A stretch of 64,000 nucleotides of DNA from an uncultured Alphaproteobacteria bacterium (GTDB taxonomy: Bacteria; Pseudomonadota; Alphaproteobacteria; HIMB59; GCA-002718135). The translations under genes and the position numbers were made by a program. Below the pieces are notes generated by a model. It saw nothing but the letters and a program-made list of their open reading frames with translations, was not told the DNA's origin and did not search any database. Position 1 is the first letter of the stretch. Each line of letters starts with the position of its first letter. Of the stretch, positions 55,801 through 64,000 are shown piece after piece. Location: positions 728 through 64,727 of the forward strand of contig CACKTS010000003.1 of NCBI GenBank assembly GCA_902603095.1. The letters run 5' to 3'.

Positions 55801-56148
55801 ATGCTTTCTTTTGGCTGGGCTGAAATTCTTCTAGTTTTCATTGTAGTTATTATTTTTGTAGGACCTAAAGAATTACCTAAATTAATTAGACAATTATCAT
55901 CTTTTACTAAATCTATTAAGAAATTATCTAGAGAATTTAAATCTTCATTAAATGAAATTGCTGATCAAGAAGAATTTAAAGAAATAAATAAATCTATAAT
56001 GGAAGTTAAAGATTTGAAAGAAGATTTTGATATAAAAAAAAATTTAGAAAATGAAATTAATTCAATAAAGGAAACATCTACTTTAGTTGAAAAAGATCTG
56101 CATGATATAAATAAAAAAAAGACTCAAGATGAGGCTGATTTAATTTAG
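55801..56148 (+). CDS. tatB: Twin-arginine translocase subunit TatB
   Basis: FGWAEILLVFIVVIIFVGPKELPKLIRQL followed by a charged helical tail. Confidence 0.88.
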   Translation: MLSFGWAEILLVFIVVIIFVGPKELPKLIRQLSSFTKSIKKLSREFKSSLNEIADQEEFKEINKSIMEVKDLKEDFDIKKNLENEINSIKETSTLVEKDLHDINKKKTQDEADLI

Positions 56149-56156
56149 TAAATATT

Positions 56157-56915
56157 ATGACTAATCAAGAATTTAAAGAAATGTCACTTATTGATCATCT
56201 TACAGAATTAAGAAAAAGACTCCTTTGGAGCTTTGTTTATATTATTATAATTTTTATTGTTTGTTTCTATTATGCCACTGATCTATTCTATTTTCTTGCC
56301 AAACCTTTAGTAAATTTACTTCAAACAGATAAGGGACAAGGCTTTATTTATACTGCCTTACAGGAAGCTTTTTTTACAGAACTTAAAATTGCATTTTTCT
56401 TTGCTTTATTTTTTGCATTTCCATTGATTGCAATACAAATCTGGAAATTTATAGCTCCTGGTTTATACAAAAATGAAAAAAATGCATTTTTACCATTTTT
56501 AATTGCAACTCCTATCTTATTTTTTGCTGGAGGTGCAATGGTATATTACTTAATTTCTCCAGTTGCTTGGAATTTTTTTCTTTCCTATCAAAATATGAGT
56601 GACTCTGGCGTTCCAATAAGATTAGAAGCCAAAATGGGAGAATATTTATCCTTAATGATGAGATTTATATTTGCATTCGGCCTTGCTTTTCAACTACCAG
56701 TTGTTTTGGGTTTAATGGCAAAGGTGGGAATAGTTAATCATACCTCTCTAAAAAAATTTAGAAAATATGCAATTGTAATAGCTTTTTTAGCTGCAGCATT
56801 TTTAACTCCACCTGATCCTTTCAGTCAAATTAGCCTAGCTTTGCCAATTATATTACTTTATGAAGTTTCTATTTATATAGCTAAAATTATTCAAAAAAAT
56901 AAAAGAGAAGATTAA
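56157..56915 (+). CDS. tatC: Twin-arginine translocase subunit TatC
   Basis: MSLIDHLTELRKRL start, six TM helices, LTPPDPFSQ motif. Confidence 0.93.
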   Translation: MTNQEFKEMSLIDHLTELRKRLLWSFVYIIIIFIVCFYYATDLFYFLAKPLVNLLQTDKGQGFIYTALQEAFFTELKIAFFFALFFAFPLIAIQIWKFIAPGLYKNEKNAFLPFLIATPILFFAGGAMVYYLISPVAWNFFLSYQNMSDSGVPIRLEAKMGEYLSLMMRFIFAFGLAFQLPVVLGLMAKVGIVNHTSLKKFRKYAIVIAFLAAAFLTPPDPFSQISLALPIILLYEVSIYIAKIIQKNKRED

Positions 56916-58177
56916 TGCATAACATAAATTATATTCGAGAAAATCCCACAGAATTTGATAATTTTATGAAATCTAGAGGTGAAAACCCGATAGCAAATAA
57001 AATTATTGAAATTGATAAAGAAAAACGAGAAACACAAACAGTATTGCAAAATATATTGGCTGAAAGGAATCTTCTATCAAAAAATATTGGTAAGCTTAAA
57101 AGTGAAAAAAAAGATGCACGTACTGAAATGGCCAAAGTAGAAGATCTTAAAATTAAAGTTAACTCTCTCAAAGAACTAGAAACTCTAAAAGATGATGAAT
57201 TAAATGCAATCTTAAGCAGATTGCCTAATATTCCAGATTTAAGTACACCAGTTGGTAAGAATGAGGATGAAAATACATTTTATAGAGAATGGGGTGAAAA
57301 GCCATCTTTTAACTTTGCTCCAAAGTTACATTTTGAAATAGGTGAAAATTCGAACTTAATGAATTTCGAAATTGCTTCAAAGTTATCTGGGTCAAGATTT
57401 GTAATACTAAAAGGTCAATTATCAAAACTAGAAAGAGCTCTTGCTAATTATATGCTTGAAAAACATACTTCAGTTAATGGATATATTGAGATACACGTTC
57501 CTTATTTAGTAAAAGCTTCAACCTTATATGGTACAGGCCAATTACCAAAATTTGCTGAAGATTTATTTCAAGCCGGTGATGATCATTGGCTTATTCCAAC
57601 AGCTGAAATTCCCCTAACTTCTCTTTATAGCAATGAAATTTTACATGTTAGTCAGCTGCCTATGAGAGTGACATCATATACGCCTTGCTTTAGATCAGAA
57701 GCTGGAGCAGCAGGAAAAGATACAAGAGGTATGCTTAGACAACATCAATTCACTAAAGTTGAATTAGTGTCTTTAGTTGAGCCTGAGCATTCAAATGATG
57801 AACTTGAAAGAATGCTTAATTGTGCTGAAGGTATACTTCAAGATTTAGATCTCCACTATAGAGTAATGACTTTATGCACAGGTGATATGGGCTTTGCTGC
57901 AAAAAAAACCTATGACATTGAAGTATGGCTTCCTGGGGAAAATAAATATAGAGAAATTTCTAGTTGTTCTAACTGCGGCGATTTTCAAGCCAGAAGAATG
58001 AATACTCGTTACAAAAATAATGATCAAAATACACATATTCATACTTTAAATGGATCTGGTTTAGCAGTTGGGAGAACATTAATAGCAATTTTAGAAAATT
58101 ATCAAACCCCTGATGGTAATGTAAAAATACCAGAAGTTTTAAAAAAATATTTTGATAACGAAAAAAATCTATTTTAG
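56915..58177 (+). CDS. serS: Seryl-tRNA synthetase
   Basis: N-terminal coiled-coil arm. Class II motifs (FRSEAGAAGKDTRGMLRQHQF, GSGLAVGRT). Confidence 0.95.
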   Translation: MHNINYIRENPTEFDNFMKSRGENPIANKIIEIDKEKRETQTVLQNILAERNLLSKNIGKLKSEKKDARTEMAKVEDLKIKVNSLKELETLKDDELNAILSRLPNIPDLSTPVGKNEDENTFYREWGEKPSFNFAPKLHFEIGENSNLMNFEIASKLSGSRFVILKGQLSKLERALANYMLEKHTSVNGYIEIHVPYLVKASTLYGTGQLPKFAEDLFQAGDDHWLIPTAEIPLTSLYSNEILHVSQLPMRVTSYTPCFRSEAGAAGKDTRGMLRQHQFTKVELVSLVEPEHSNDELERMLNCAEGILQDLDLHYRVMTLCTGDMGFAAKKTYDIEVWLPGENKYREISSCSNCGDFQARRMNTRYKNNDQNTHIHTLNGSGLAVGRTLIAILENYQTPDGNVKIPEVLKKYFDNEKNLF

Positions 58178-58803
58178 TGCTTGATGTAAAAAAAATAAGA
58201 TTAATTTTAGAATTAAGGGAAGCTGGTATATCTGATACAAAAATTTTATCAGCCATTGAAAAAATTCCTCGTGAGAAATTTATACCTGAAAATTTTAGAA
58301 ATCAAGCTTATGACAATTTAGCTCTTCCTATCGGTGATAATCAAACTATTAGTCAGCCATTTGTAGTTGCTAAAATGACTCAATTACTTGAAATACATCA
58401 AAATCATAAGATATTAGAAATAGGTACTGGAAGTGGTTATCAAAGTGCAATTTTATCAAAATTAGCTAGAAGAGTATACACTATCGAAAGAATAAAAAAT
58501 TTATTAATAAAAGCCGAAAAAGTTTTTAAAGATTTAAAAATTTCAAATATTGTTTCCAAGTATGCTGATGGTAATTTAGGATGGAAAGAACAAATACCTT
58601 TCGATAGGATAATTATTACAGCCGCAACCAATCAAATTTCTAAAGAAATAAGCTCTCAAATACATGAGGGCGGTATAATTGTATCACCGATGGTAAATAA
58701 TAATAAACAAATAATAATGAAATATAAAAAAATTAATAATGTTTTAATATCGGAAGTTTTTGATGATGTTTTGTTTGTACCTAATCTTTCTGGAACTGAA
58801 TAA
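58177..58803 (+). CDS. pcm: Protein-L-isoaspartate O-methyltransferase
   Basis: TISQPFVVAKMTQLL and ILEIGTGSGYQSAILS motifs. The GTG start overlaps the serS TAG by 1 nt. Confidence 0.88.
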   Translation: MLDVKKIRLILELREAGISDTKILSAIEKIPREKFIPENFRNQAYDNLALPIGDNQTISQPFVVAKMTQLLEIHQNHKILEIGTGSGYQSAILSKLARRVYTIERIKNLLIKAEKVFKDLKISNIVSKYADGNLGWKEQIPFDRIIITAATNQISKEISSQIHEGGIIVSPMVNNNKQIIMKYKKINNVLISEVFDDVLFVPNLSGTE

Positions 58804-58805
58804 AA

Positions 58806-60170
58806 TTATAAGCTTAATATTGATCTATATTTTTTATTACAATAATAAAAATATATTAAACCAATAGTCCAGTGCATACCTGCTAATGCAAAAAAAATAT
58901 AGTTATAATTTTCACCTATATTTAAAAATATTATATAAATCATTATAAAAGGAATTAGTACAAATCTCATTATAGCCATATACATAACTATTATTGCTCT
59001 TTTCAATCCTTGGAATGTTGCGTTTCCTATGAAAAAAAATGGAAAAGCTGGAAACATTAAAGAAGATATTTTTAAATAATCTGATCCATATTTGATTACT
59101 GTTTCATTGTCAGTAAATAAATTCATTGCAATTTCTGCAGTTAAAAAAATTATTAGACCTAAAATTAATAATATAATTACCCCTAAACTAATACCTTTCT
59201 TATATGTTTCTAATACACGTTCATATTGTTTAGCTCCAAAATTTTGTCCAACGATAGTAACAGTTGCTGTACTCAAACCTAATAATGGTAAAAAAAATAA
59301 TTGTTCATATCTACCTGCTGAAGTATAACCTGCAATAGCTTCAACTCCAAAAAAACCAACAAAGTATAATAAAATATATGAACCAACTGCTATCATCATC
59401 ATTCCAATAGAAGCCGGTATACCTTGTGATAAAATACTTTTAAAAATGTTAAAGTTAGGAAAAATAGTAAATTTAATATATTTATATATTTGAGTTCTTT
59501 TTAATTTTATAAATAAATAAAATATGCCAATAAATTGCGAAATAATTGTTGCATAGGCAATTCCTTCAATACCTAAAGGTGGAATAATTTGATATGTAAA
59601 AAATTTACCTGAAATTAATATTGGGTTTAGTATTATATTTAAAAAAAAACTAAATATTAAAACATTTCTATAACTTTTAGTGTCTCCTTGAGCACTTAAA
59701 GGTGAATTTATTGAGATAAGTAGAAAAATAAAAATCGAACCAAAGAAAATAATATTTATATATTTTAAAGACAATTCAAGTGTTTCAATATCATTATTTA
59801 TAAAGCTAATTAATGATGAACTAAAATATATACCAATCGTAGTTACAAAAATTGAGACAAAGATAGAAAGTATAAAAGATTGAGAAAAAATTTTACCTGA
59901 CATATCTAAATTATTTTCACCAATACTATTTGCAATTAAAGATGTAGTTCCAATGCTTAATCCTATACCTAAAGCTATTATAATAAAGTAAATTGGAAAA
60001 ATTTGGCCAATTGCTGCTAAAGCAGATTCAGAAATCATTTTACCTGCAAATATTGAATCAACTACTGAATATAAGTTTTGAAAAATTGTACCAATAGATG
60101 AAGGTATAGCTATTTTAGCAAATAATGAATAGATATTATCATTTTTGAAATTAATACTTTCATTTATCAT
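58806..60170 (-). CDS. MATE-family multidrug/sodium efflux transporter
   Basis: 454 aa with 12 TM helices. N-terminus LFAKIAIPSSIGTIFQNLYSVVDSIFAG is typical of NorM/MATE. Confidence 0.8.
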   Translation of the reverse strand: MINESINFKNDNIYSLFAKIAIPSSIGTIFQNLYSVVDSIFAGKMISESALAAIGQIFPIYFIIIALGIGLSIGTTSLIANSIGENNLDMSGKIFSQSFILSIFVSIFVTTIGIYFSSSLISFINNDIETLELSLKYINIIFFGSIFIFLLISINSPLSAQGDTKSYRNVLIFSFFLNIILNPILISGKFFTYQIIPPLGIEGIAYATIISQFIGIFYLFIKLKRTQIYKYIKFTIFPNFNIFKSILSQGIPASIGMMMIAVGSYILLYFVGFFGVEAIAGYTSAGRYEQLFFLPLLGLSTATVTIVGQNFGAKQYERVLETYKKGISLGVIILLILGLIIFLTAEIAMNLFTDNETVIKYGSDYLKISSLMFPAFPFFFIGNATFQGLKRAIIVMYMAIMRFVLIPFIMIYIIFLNIGENYNYIFFALAGMHWTIGLIYFYYCNKKYRSILSL

Positions 60171-61004
60171 TTATATTTTTTGAATTTTTGGTTTTATATT
60201 ACAATCTTCATTTTTAAAAATCTTATAAAGTTCTTTAAGGCATTCTTTTATATTTTGTATAAGAAAATCACTACCATTAAATAAAATCATTCCATTACCC
60301 TTCATCCCAATCTCATCATTGTATTTAGTTATTGGTAATTCTATTCTTGTAATTAAATTTGATCCGATTTTTCTTATATTTTCAATAAATAAATCATTAT
60401 TTTGAATATTTAAAATGGGATACCAAATTAGTACAGTCAGATTATAATATTTATTATTAATTAAACGCAAAGTACTAACAACTCTTTCAAAATCATTTTC
60501 TGATTCATATGGTGGATCTATTAAAACTAAAATCTTATCATTTTTATTAATTATTTGTTTTATAAAATCATAACCATCGTTGTTATAAAATTTCGAATTT
60601 ATTTTTTTAGATAAATTTTGTCTTAATAACTTAAATTCATTTTCATCAAATTCATAAAATACCAATCTATCAAGATTATCAGTTACATTGCTCATAATTA
60701 ACGGAGAACCAGGATAAAATAACAATTTTTTTGAATTATTAATATTTCGTAAAACTTTTAAATAATATTTAATTGATATATTTTTATCATTATAATTTTC
60801 TAATTTGCTTATACCATTTTCATATTCTTTATTTTTAGACATATATTCACTATTGAATTTATATGCACCATTGCCCGAGTGTGTATCAATGTAACTTATT
60901 GATTTATGGTGCATTTTTAGGCTTTTATATGCTTGTAAAAGGCATATATGTTTCAATACATCCGCATAATTACCTGCATGATATCCGTGATTATAGCTTA
61001 ACAT
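60171..61004 (-). CDS. rlmJ: 23S rRNA (adenine2030-N6)-methyltransferase RlmJ
   Basis: MLSYNHGYHAGNYADVLKH and LIDPPYE motifs are characteristic of RlmJ (DUF519). Confidence 0.85.
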   Translation of the reverse strand: MLSYNHGYHAGNYADVLKHICLLQAYKSLKMHHKSISYIDTHSGNGAYKFNSEYMSKNKEYENGISKLENYNDKNISIKYYLKVLRNINNSKKLLFYPGSPLIMSNVTDNLDRLVFYEFDENEFKLLRQNLSKKINSKFYNNDGYDFIKQIINKNDKILVLIDPPYESENDFERVVSTLRLINNKYYNLTVLIWYPILNIQNNDLFIENIRKIGSNLITRIELPITKYNDEIGMKGNGMILFNGSDFLIQNIKECLKELYKIFKNEDCNIKPKIQKI

Positions 61005-61139
61005 TTAATGAATAAATTCCTTGCAATTAATAAGTTTATTGTTAATTAAACTAAATTATTAATCAACGAGAGATTTTATAAAGACTATAAAAAAAATTAA
61101 AAATCTTAAATTTCACACAAATAAAAAAGGAGTAAAATA

Positions 61140-61343
61140 ATGCCAACAGGTAAAATTAAATGGTTTAATCCAACCAAAGGATATGGATTTATTGAAAATG
61201 ATGCAGGAGGCAAAGATGTATTTTTGCATATATCTGCTTTAGAAGAGGCAGGAATTGACACATTACAAGAAGGAGAGGCTGTTTCATTTGATATTGGTGA
61301 AAACAGAGGAAAAGAAAACGCAACAAACGTAAAAAAAGTTTAA
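61140..61343 (+). CDS. cspA: Cold-shock protein (CspA family)
   Basis: GKIKWFNPTKGYGFI (RNP1) and VFLHISAL (RNP2). 67 aa. Preceded by a long AT-rich leader and an AAGGAG RBS. Confidence 0.93.
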   Translation: MPTGKIKWFNPTKGYGFIENDAGGKDVFLHISALEEAGIDTLQEGEAVSFDIGENRGKENATNVKKV

Positions 61344-61350
61344 TTTATAT

Positions 61351-61578
61351 TTGATCAAATTTTTAGAATGGGCTGGTGTAATTACAGCCATACTATATTC
61401 GTTATTTGTTGCCCTTAATATAGGGTTAGAATTTCTTGGATTTTTTTTGTTGCTAATATCTGCTTTATTGATTGGTATTTGGGCACTTAAATTAAAGTAT
61501 AAAGGAATTTTATTTTTACAATTTTTTTATGCATCCGCAGCTGTTATAGGTATGTTTAGATGGTTTGGTCAAAGTTAA
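61351..61578 (+). CDS. Small hydrophobic membrane protein (75 aa, about 3 TM), uncharacterised
   Basis: Only a TTG start is available, 8 nt after the cspA stop. Strongly hydrophobic with a helical pattern. No family recognised. Confidence 0.35.
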   Translation: MIKFLEWAGVITAILYSLFVALNIGLEFLGFFLLLISALLIGIWALKLKYKGILFLQFFYASAAVIGMFRWFGQS

Positions 61579-61805
61579 TTCTTTTTATTTTTTTTTTTAT
61601 AAACACTTTAAATGCTGCTGAATTAACTCAAGAAGAAAAAAATTATTTTAAATTTCTTGATTTAAATAATGATGGATTTTTAACTATTGACGAAATAAAT
61701 CAATCAACGAAAATTATTTTTCAATTAATTGATATTAACCAAGATAATAAACTTTCTTTAATTGAGTTAGAGGAATTAAAACAAATAATAGAGCTAATCA
61801 AATGA
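61560..61805 (+). CDS. Secreted two-EF-hand calcium-binding protein (81 aa)
   Basis: Signal peptide ...FFINTLNA/AE. It has two canonical 12-residue EF loops: DLNNDGFLTIDE and DINQDNKLSLIE. Confidence 0.6.
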   Translation: MVWSKLILFIFFFINTLNAAELTQEEKNYFKFLDLNNDGFLTIDEINQSTKIIFQLIDINQDNKLSLIELEELKQIIELIK

Positions 61806-62539
61806 GTATATGGGGGAGATTACTAGGAGGAGCAGCAGGATTTGCACTAGGTGGGCCTATCGGTGCTATTTTAGGAGTAATGGCTGGTAGTGCTTTTGAT
61901 AAAAAAAATATAAGTTCATTTAATTATTCTAAAATTTCTCAAGAACAAAAACAGCAAGTTTTTACAATAAGTTTTATCATCTTATCTGCTAAACTTGCAA
62001 AAAGTGATGGTCAAGTAACAGATGACGAAATTCAAGCTTTTAAAGAAAAATTTAATGTTCCAAAATCAGAGTTAAATAAAGTCGGAAAAATATTTAATGA
62101 AGCAAAAAAAGATGTTTATGGATATAAAAAAATTGCAGATCAAGTAGGTTTATTATTTGCTGATAACAAAATTTTACTTGAAGAATTACTAAATAATTTA
62201 TTTTACATAGCTGCTTCAGATGGACAAATTTCATTAAAAGAAATTGATTTATTAAGATCAATTTCACAATCATTTTCTTTTGATGAAAATACTTTTCAAC
62301 GTATATTCCAAATGAATTTAAAAGATAATACATCCGATCCCTATAGAATTTTAGGCGTTAGTAGAGATGACTCTGATCAAGAAATTAGAAAAAAATGGAT
62401 TCAATTAAATAAAGAGCACCATCCAGATAACTTGATTGCTAGAGGTATGCCGAAAGAATTTATTGAACAATCTAACAAAGAATTAGCTGCTATAAATCTA
62501 GCCTATGATAAAATAAAAGAAATTAGAGCAAAATCTTGA
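61802..62539 (+). CDS. djlA: DjlA-type co-chaperone (Gly-rich membrane segment, TerB-like domain, C-terminal J domain)
   Basis: LLGGAAGFALGGPIGAILGVMAGS membrane segment and the J domain DPYRILGVSRDDSDQEIRKKWIQLNKEHHPD. Confidence 0.8.
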   Translation: MSIWGRLLGGAAGFALGGPIGAILGVMAGSAFDKKNISSFNYSKISQEQKQQVFTISFIILSAKLAKSDGQVTDDEIQAFKEKFNVPKSELNKVGKIFNEAKKDVYGYKKIADQVGLLFADNKILLEELLNNLFYIAASDGQISLKEIDLLRSISQSFSFDENTFQRIFQMNLKDNTSDPYRILGVSRDDSDQEIRKKWIQLNKEHHPDNLIARGMPKEFIEQSNKELAAINLAYDKIKEIRAKS

Positions 62540-63516
62540 TACCAAAAGAACTGTCCATTAATTCCATAGAGCAAGTTTATAAAAATATTAAATCATTTAT
62601 TAATGTTACACCTTTAATTAAAGCCAATAAAATAATTGATGAAACTTTTAAAACTAATATTTTTTTAAAATTTGAATGTTTTCAAAAAAGTGGATCATTT
62701 AAAGCAAGAGGAGCAATTAATAATATTCTATCTAGTGATAAAAAAGATCTTCAAAATGGAATTACTGCAGTAAGTGCAGGAAATCATGCAATTGCAGCTT
62801 CTTACGTATCAAATATTTTTAAACTTAAAAATAAAATTTTTCTTTATGAATCTGCAAATCCTTACAGAGTAAATATATGTAAAAATTATGGTGCTAATAT
62901 TTTATTTACTAATGCTAATAAAGCGTTTGATGAAGTTAAGAATACTGAAAAAGAAGGTTATAAATTTATACATCCATTTGATGGCAAACATACTTTGCAA
63001 GGATCAGCTACTTTAGGTTTAGAAATTGCAAATCAAATTAACAATTTAAATACTAAAATTGATAATGTAGTAATTTCAGTTGGTGGAGGAGGCTTAATAA
63101 GCGGTATAGGCTCAACTTTAAAACAAATTTTTCCTCATATTAATGTTGTAGGTGTTGAACCTAATGGTGCAAAAGGAATGACAGATAGTCTAAAAATAAA
63201 TTCTCCACTCAATAAAGTAGAAATTGATAGTATTGCTGATAGTTTGTGCGCACCTCTTCATATGGCATATTCTTTTGATGTGGCAAGTAAAGTAATCGAT
63301 CAAATGATTAATATACAGGATAAAGATATGATTGAATCAATGATATTTGCTTTTAAAAATTTAAAATTATTTCTTGAGCCTGCCTGTGTAGCTGGTTTTG
63401 CAGCTTTAAAAAAAATGAATTTTTCAAAATTAAGTAATCAAAATACTCTAATTTTATTATGTGGTTCAAACATTGATTTTCAATCTTGGAATCAGATAAT
63501 TAAAAATTCTCAATAA
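62536..63516 (+). CDS. PLP-dependent threonine/serine dehydratase family protein (short, no ACT domain)
   Basis: ECFQKSGSFKARGA (PLP Lys), SAGNHA, and the VGGGGLISG glycine loop. TTG start. Confidence 0.75.
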   Translation: MIPKELSINSIEQVYKNIKSFINVTPLIKANKIIDETFKTNIFLKFECFQKSGSFKARGAINNILSSDKKDLQNGITAVSAGNHAIAASYVSNIFKLKNKIFLYESANPYRVNICKNYGANILFTNANKAFDEVKNTEKEGYKFIHPFDGKHTLQGSATLGLEIANQINNLNTKIDNVVISVGGGGLISGIGSTLKQIFPHINVVGVEPNGAKGMTDSLKINSPLNKVEIDSIADSLCAPLHMAYSFDVASKVIDQMINIQDKDMIESMIFAFKNLKLFLEPACVAGFAALKKMNFSKLSNQNTLILLCGSNIDFQSWNQIIKNSQ

Positions 63517-64000
63517 TTTTACCTCCTGTAATATTTTTCTTTACCCTAGTTGTATGCGGACTGCTCAGACTCAATTTTTTTACAGATCTTGCACCAATAT
63601 AAGCAAACATTTGTGCTTCTAGTAAATCTCCATCAAATCCATAATTATCTATAATTGAAATTTTATATTTTGGATTAAGATACTCAAACTGTGAAATTAA
63701 AAACTTATTTTTTCTTCCACCCCCTGTAAATATTATTTCGTTTACATCTGAACAAATTTTTTTTTCTAATAAATTCATAATCGAATAAATTGTAAAATAA
63801 ATTGATGTACATAAGGCATTATGAGCCTTTATTCTTTTCAATTTTCTGATTAGATAGTGAAAATTATTTCTATCAAGTGATTTAGGAAATTTTTCCCTAA
63901 AAAATTTATCTCTTTTAAATATATCTAAAATTCTTAAATTTATTTTACCTTTAGATGCTAAAACACCATCTTTGTCATAATTTTTTTTAAAAAAGAATAT
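63500..64000 (-). CDS. anmK: Anhydro-N-acetylmuramic acid kinase, C-terminal part (5' end beyond the window)
   Basis: The minus-strand frame stays open from 63841 at least as far as I translated by hand (to about 63900: ...FREKFPKSLDRNNFHYLIRKLKRIKAHNAL...) and I assume it runs on to the window edge. The IIFTGGGRKNKFLI and AQMFAYIGARS motifs are typical of AnmK. Confidence 0.7.
   Translation of the reverse strand: MFFFKKNYDKDGVLASKGKINLRILDIFKRDKFFREKFPKSLDRNNFHYLIRKLKRIKAHNALCTSIYFTIYSIMNLLEKKICSDVNEIIFTGGGRKNKFLISQFEYLNPKYKISIIDNYGFDGDLLEAQMFAYIGARSVKKLSLSSPHTTRVKKNITGGKIIENF

Noticed and set aside
1-64000. CRISPR arrays, rRNA operons, insertion sequences, toxin-antitoxin pairs, restriction-modification or other defence systems.
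   Set aside because: I found no repeat-spacer periodicity, no rRNA-like conserved stretches and no ORF with transposase, Cas, nuclease-methylase or TA hallmarks. Intergenic space is too small to hide them.

Overview
This is a very AT-rich (roughly 30% GC by eye), extremely gene-dense chromosomal segment. It holds about 75 protein genes and 5 tRNAs, and most gene junctions are 0-20 nt apart or overlap. All calls rest on motif and synteny recognition by eye; no database searches were run.

Three lines of evidence point to a streamlined marine alphaproteobacterium of the SAR11/Pelagibacterales type:
- Alphaproteobacterial synteny blocks: plsX-ihfA-merR, pcm-like-tolC-popZ-like-valS, and xthA-erpA-dgt-argS-SPOR-scpAB-tatABC-serS-pcm.
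- A proteorhodopsin gene.
- A compositionally distinct aapJQMP (yhdWXYZ-type) general amino-acid transporter.

Most of the window is core housekeeping:
- Translation: rplM/rpsI, four aminoacyl-tRNA-related genes.
- Amino-acid biosynthesis: argC, hom, ilvD, metC.
- DNA repair and chromosome maintenance: recJ, xthA, scpAB.
- Export: tatABC.

More accessory-looking content sits next to tRNA genes:
- (i) A TPP-riboswitch-controlled thiB-thiP importer lies beside tRNA-Pro. It is followed by a nitrogen-rich-compound and purine salvage neighbourhood: an agmatinase-like ureohydrolase, a PhyH dioxygenase, YtoQ, adenine deaminase, a GATase, a MOSC protein, an ATPase-less CUT1 ABC transporter, and apt.
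- (ii) Downstream of tRNA-Arg lie a GFA-family gene broken by an in-frame TAA and an iolC-iolB-iolJ-like operon fused to a miniature Pfs-like nucleosidase.
- (iii) A LexA-box-controlled umuDC pair lies beside tRNA-Asn/tRNA-Cys.

I found no rRNA, CRISPR array, transposase, integrase, prophage or recognisable defence system. I cannot point to a clear-cut new multi-gene system. The most promising candidate is the kinase/isomerase/aldolase/nucleosidase operon at 29959-33145.
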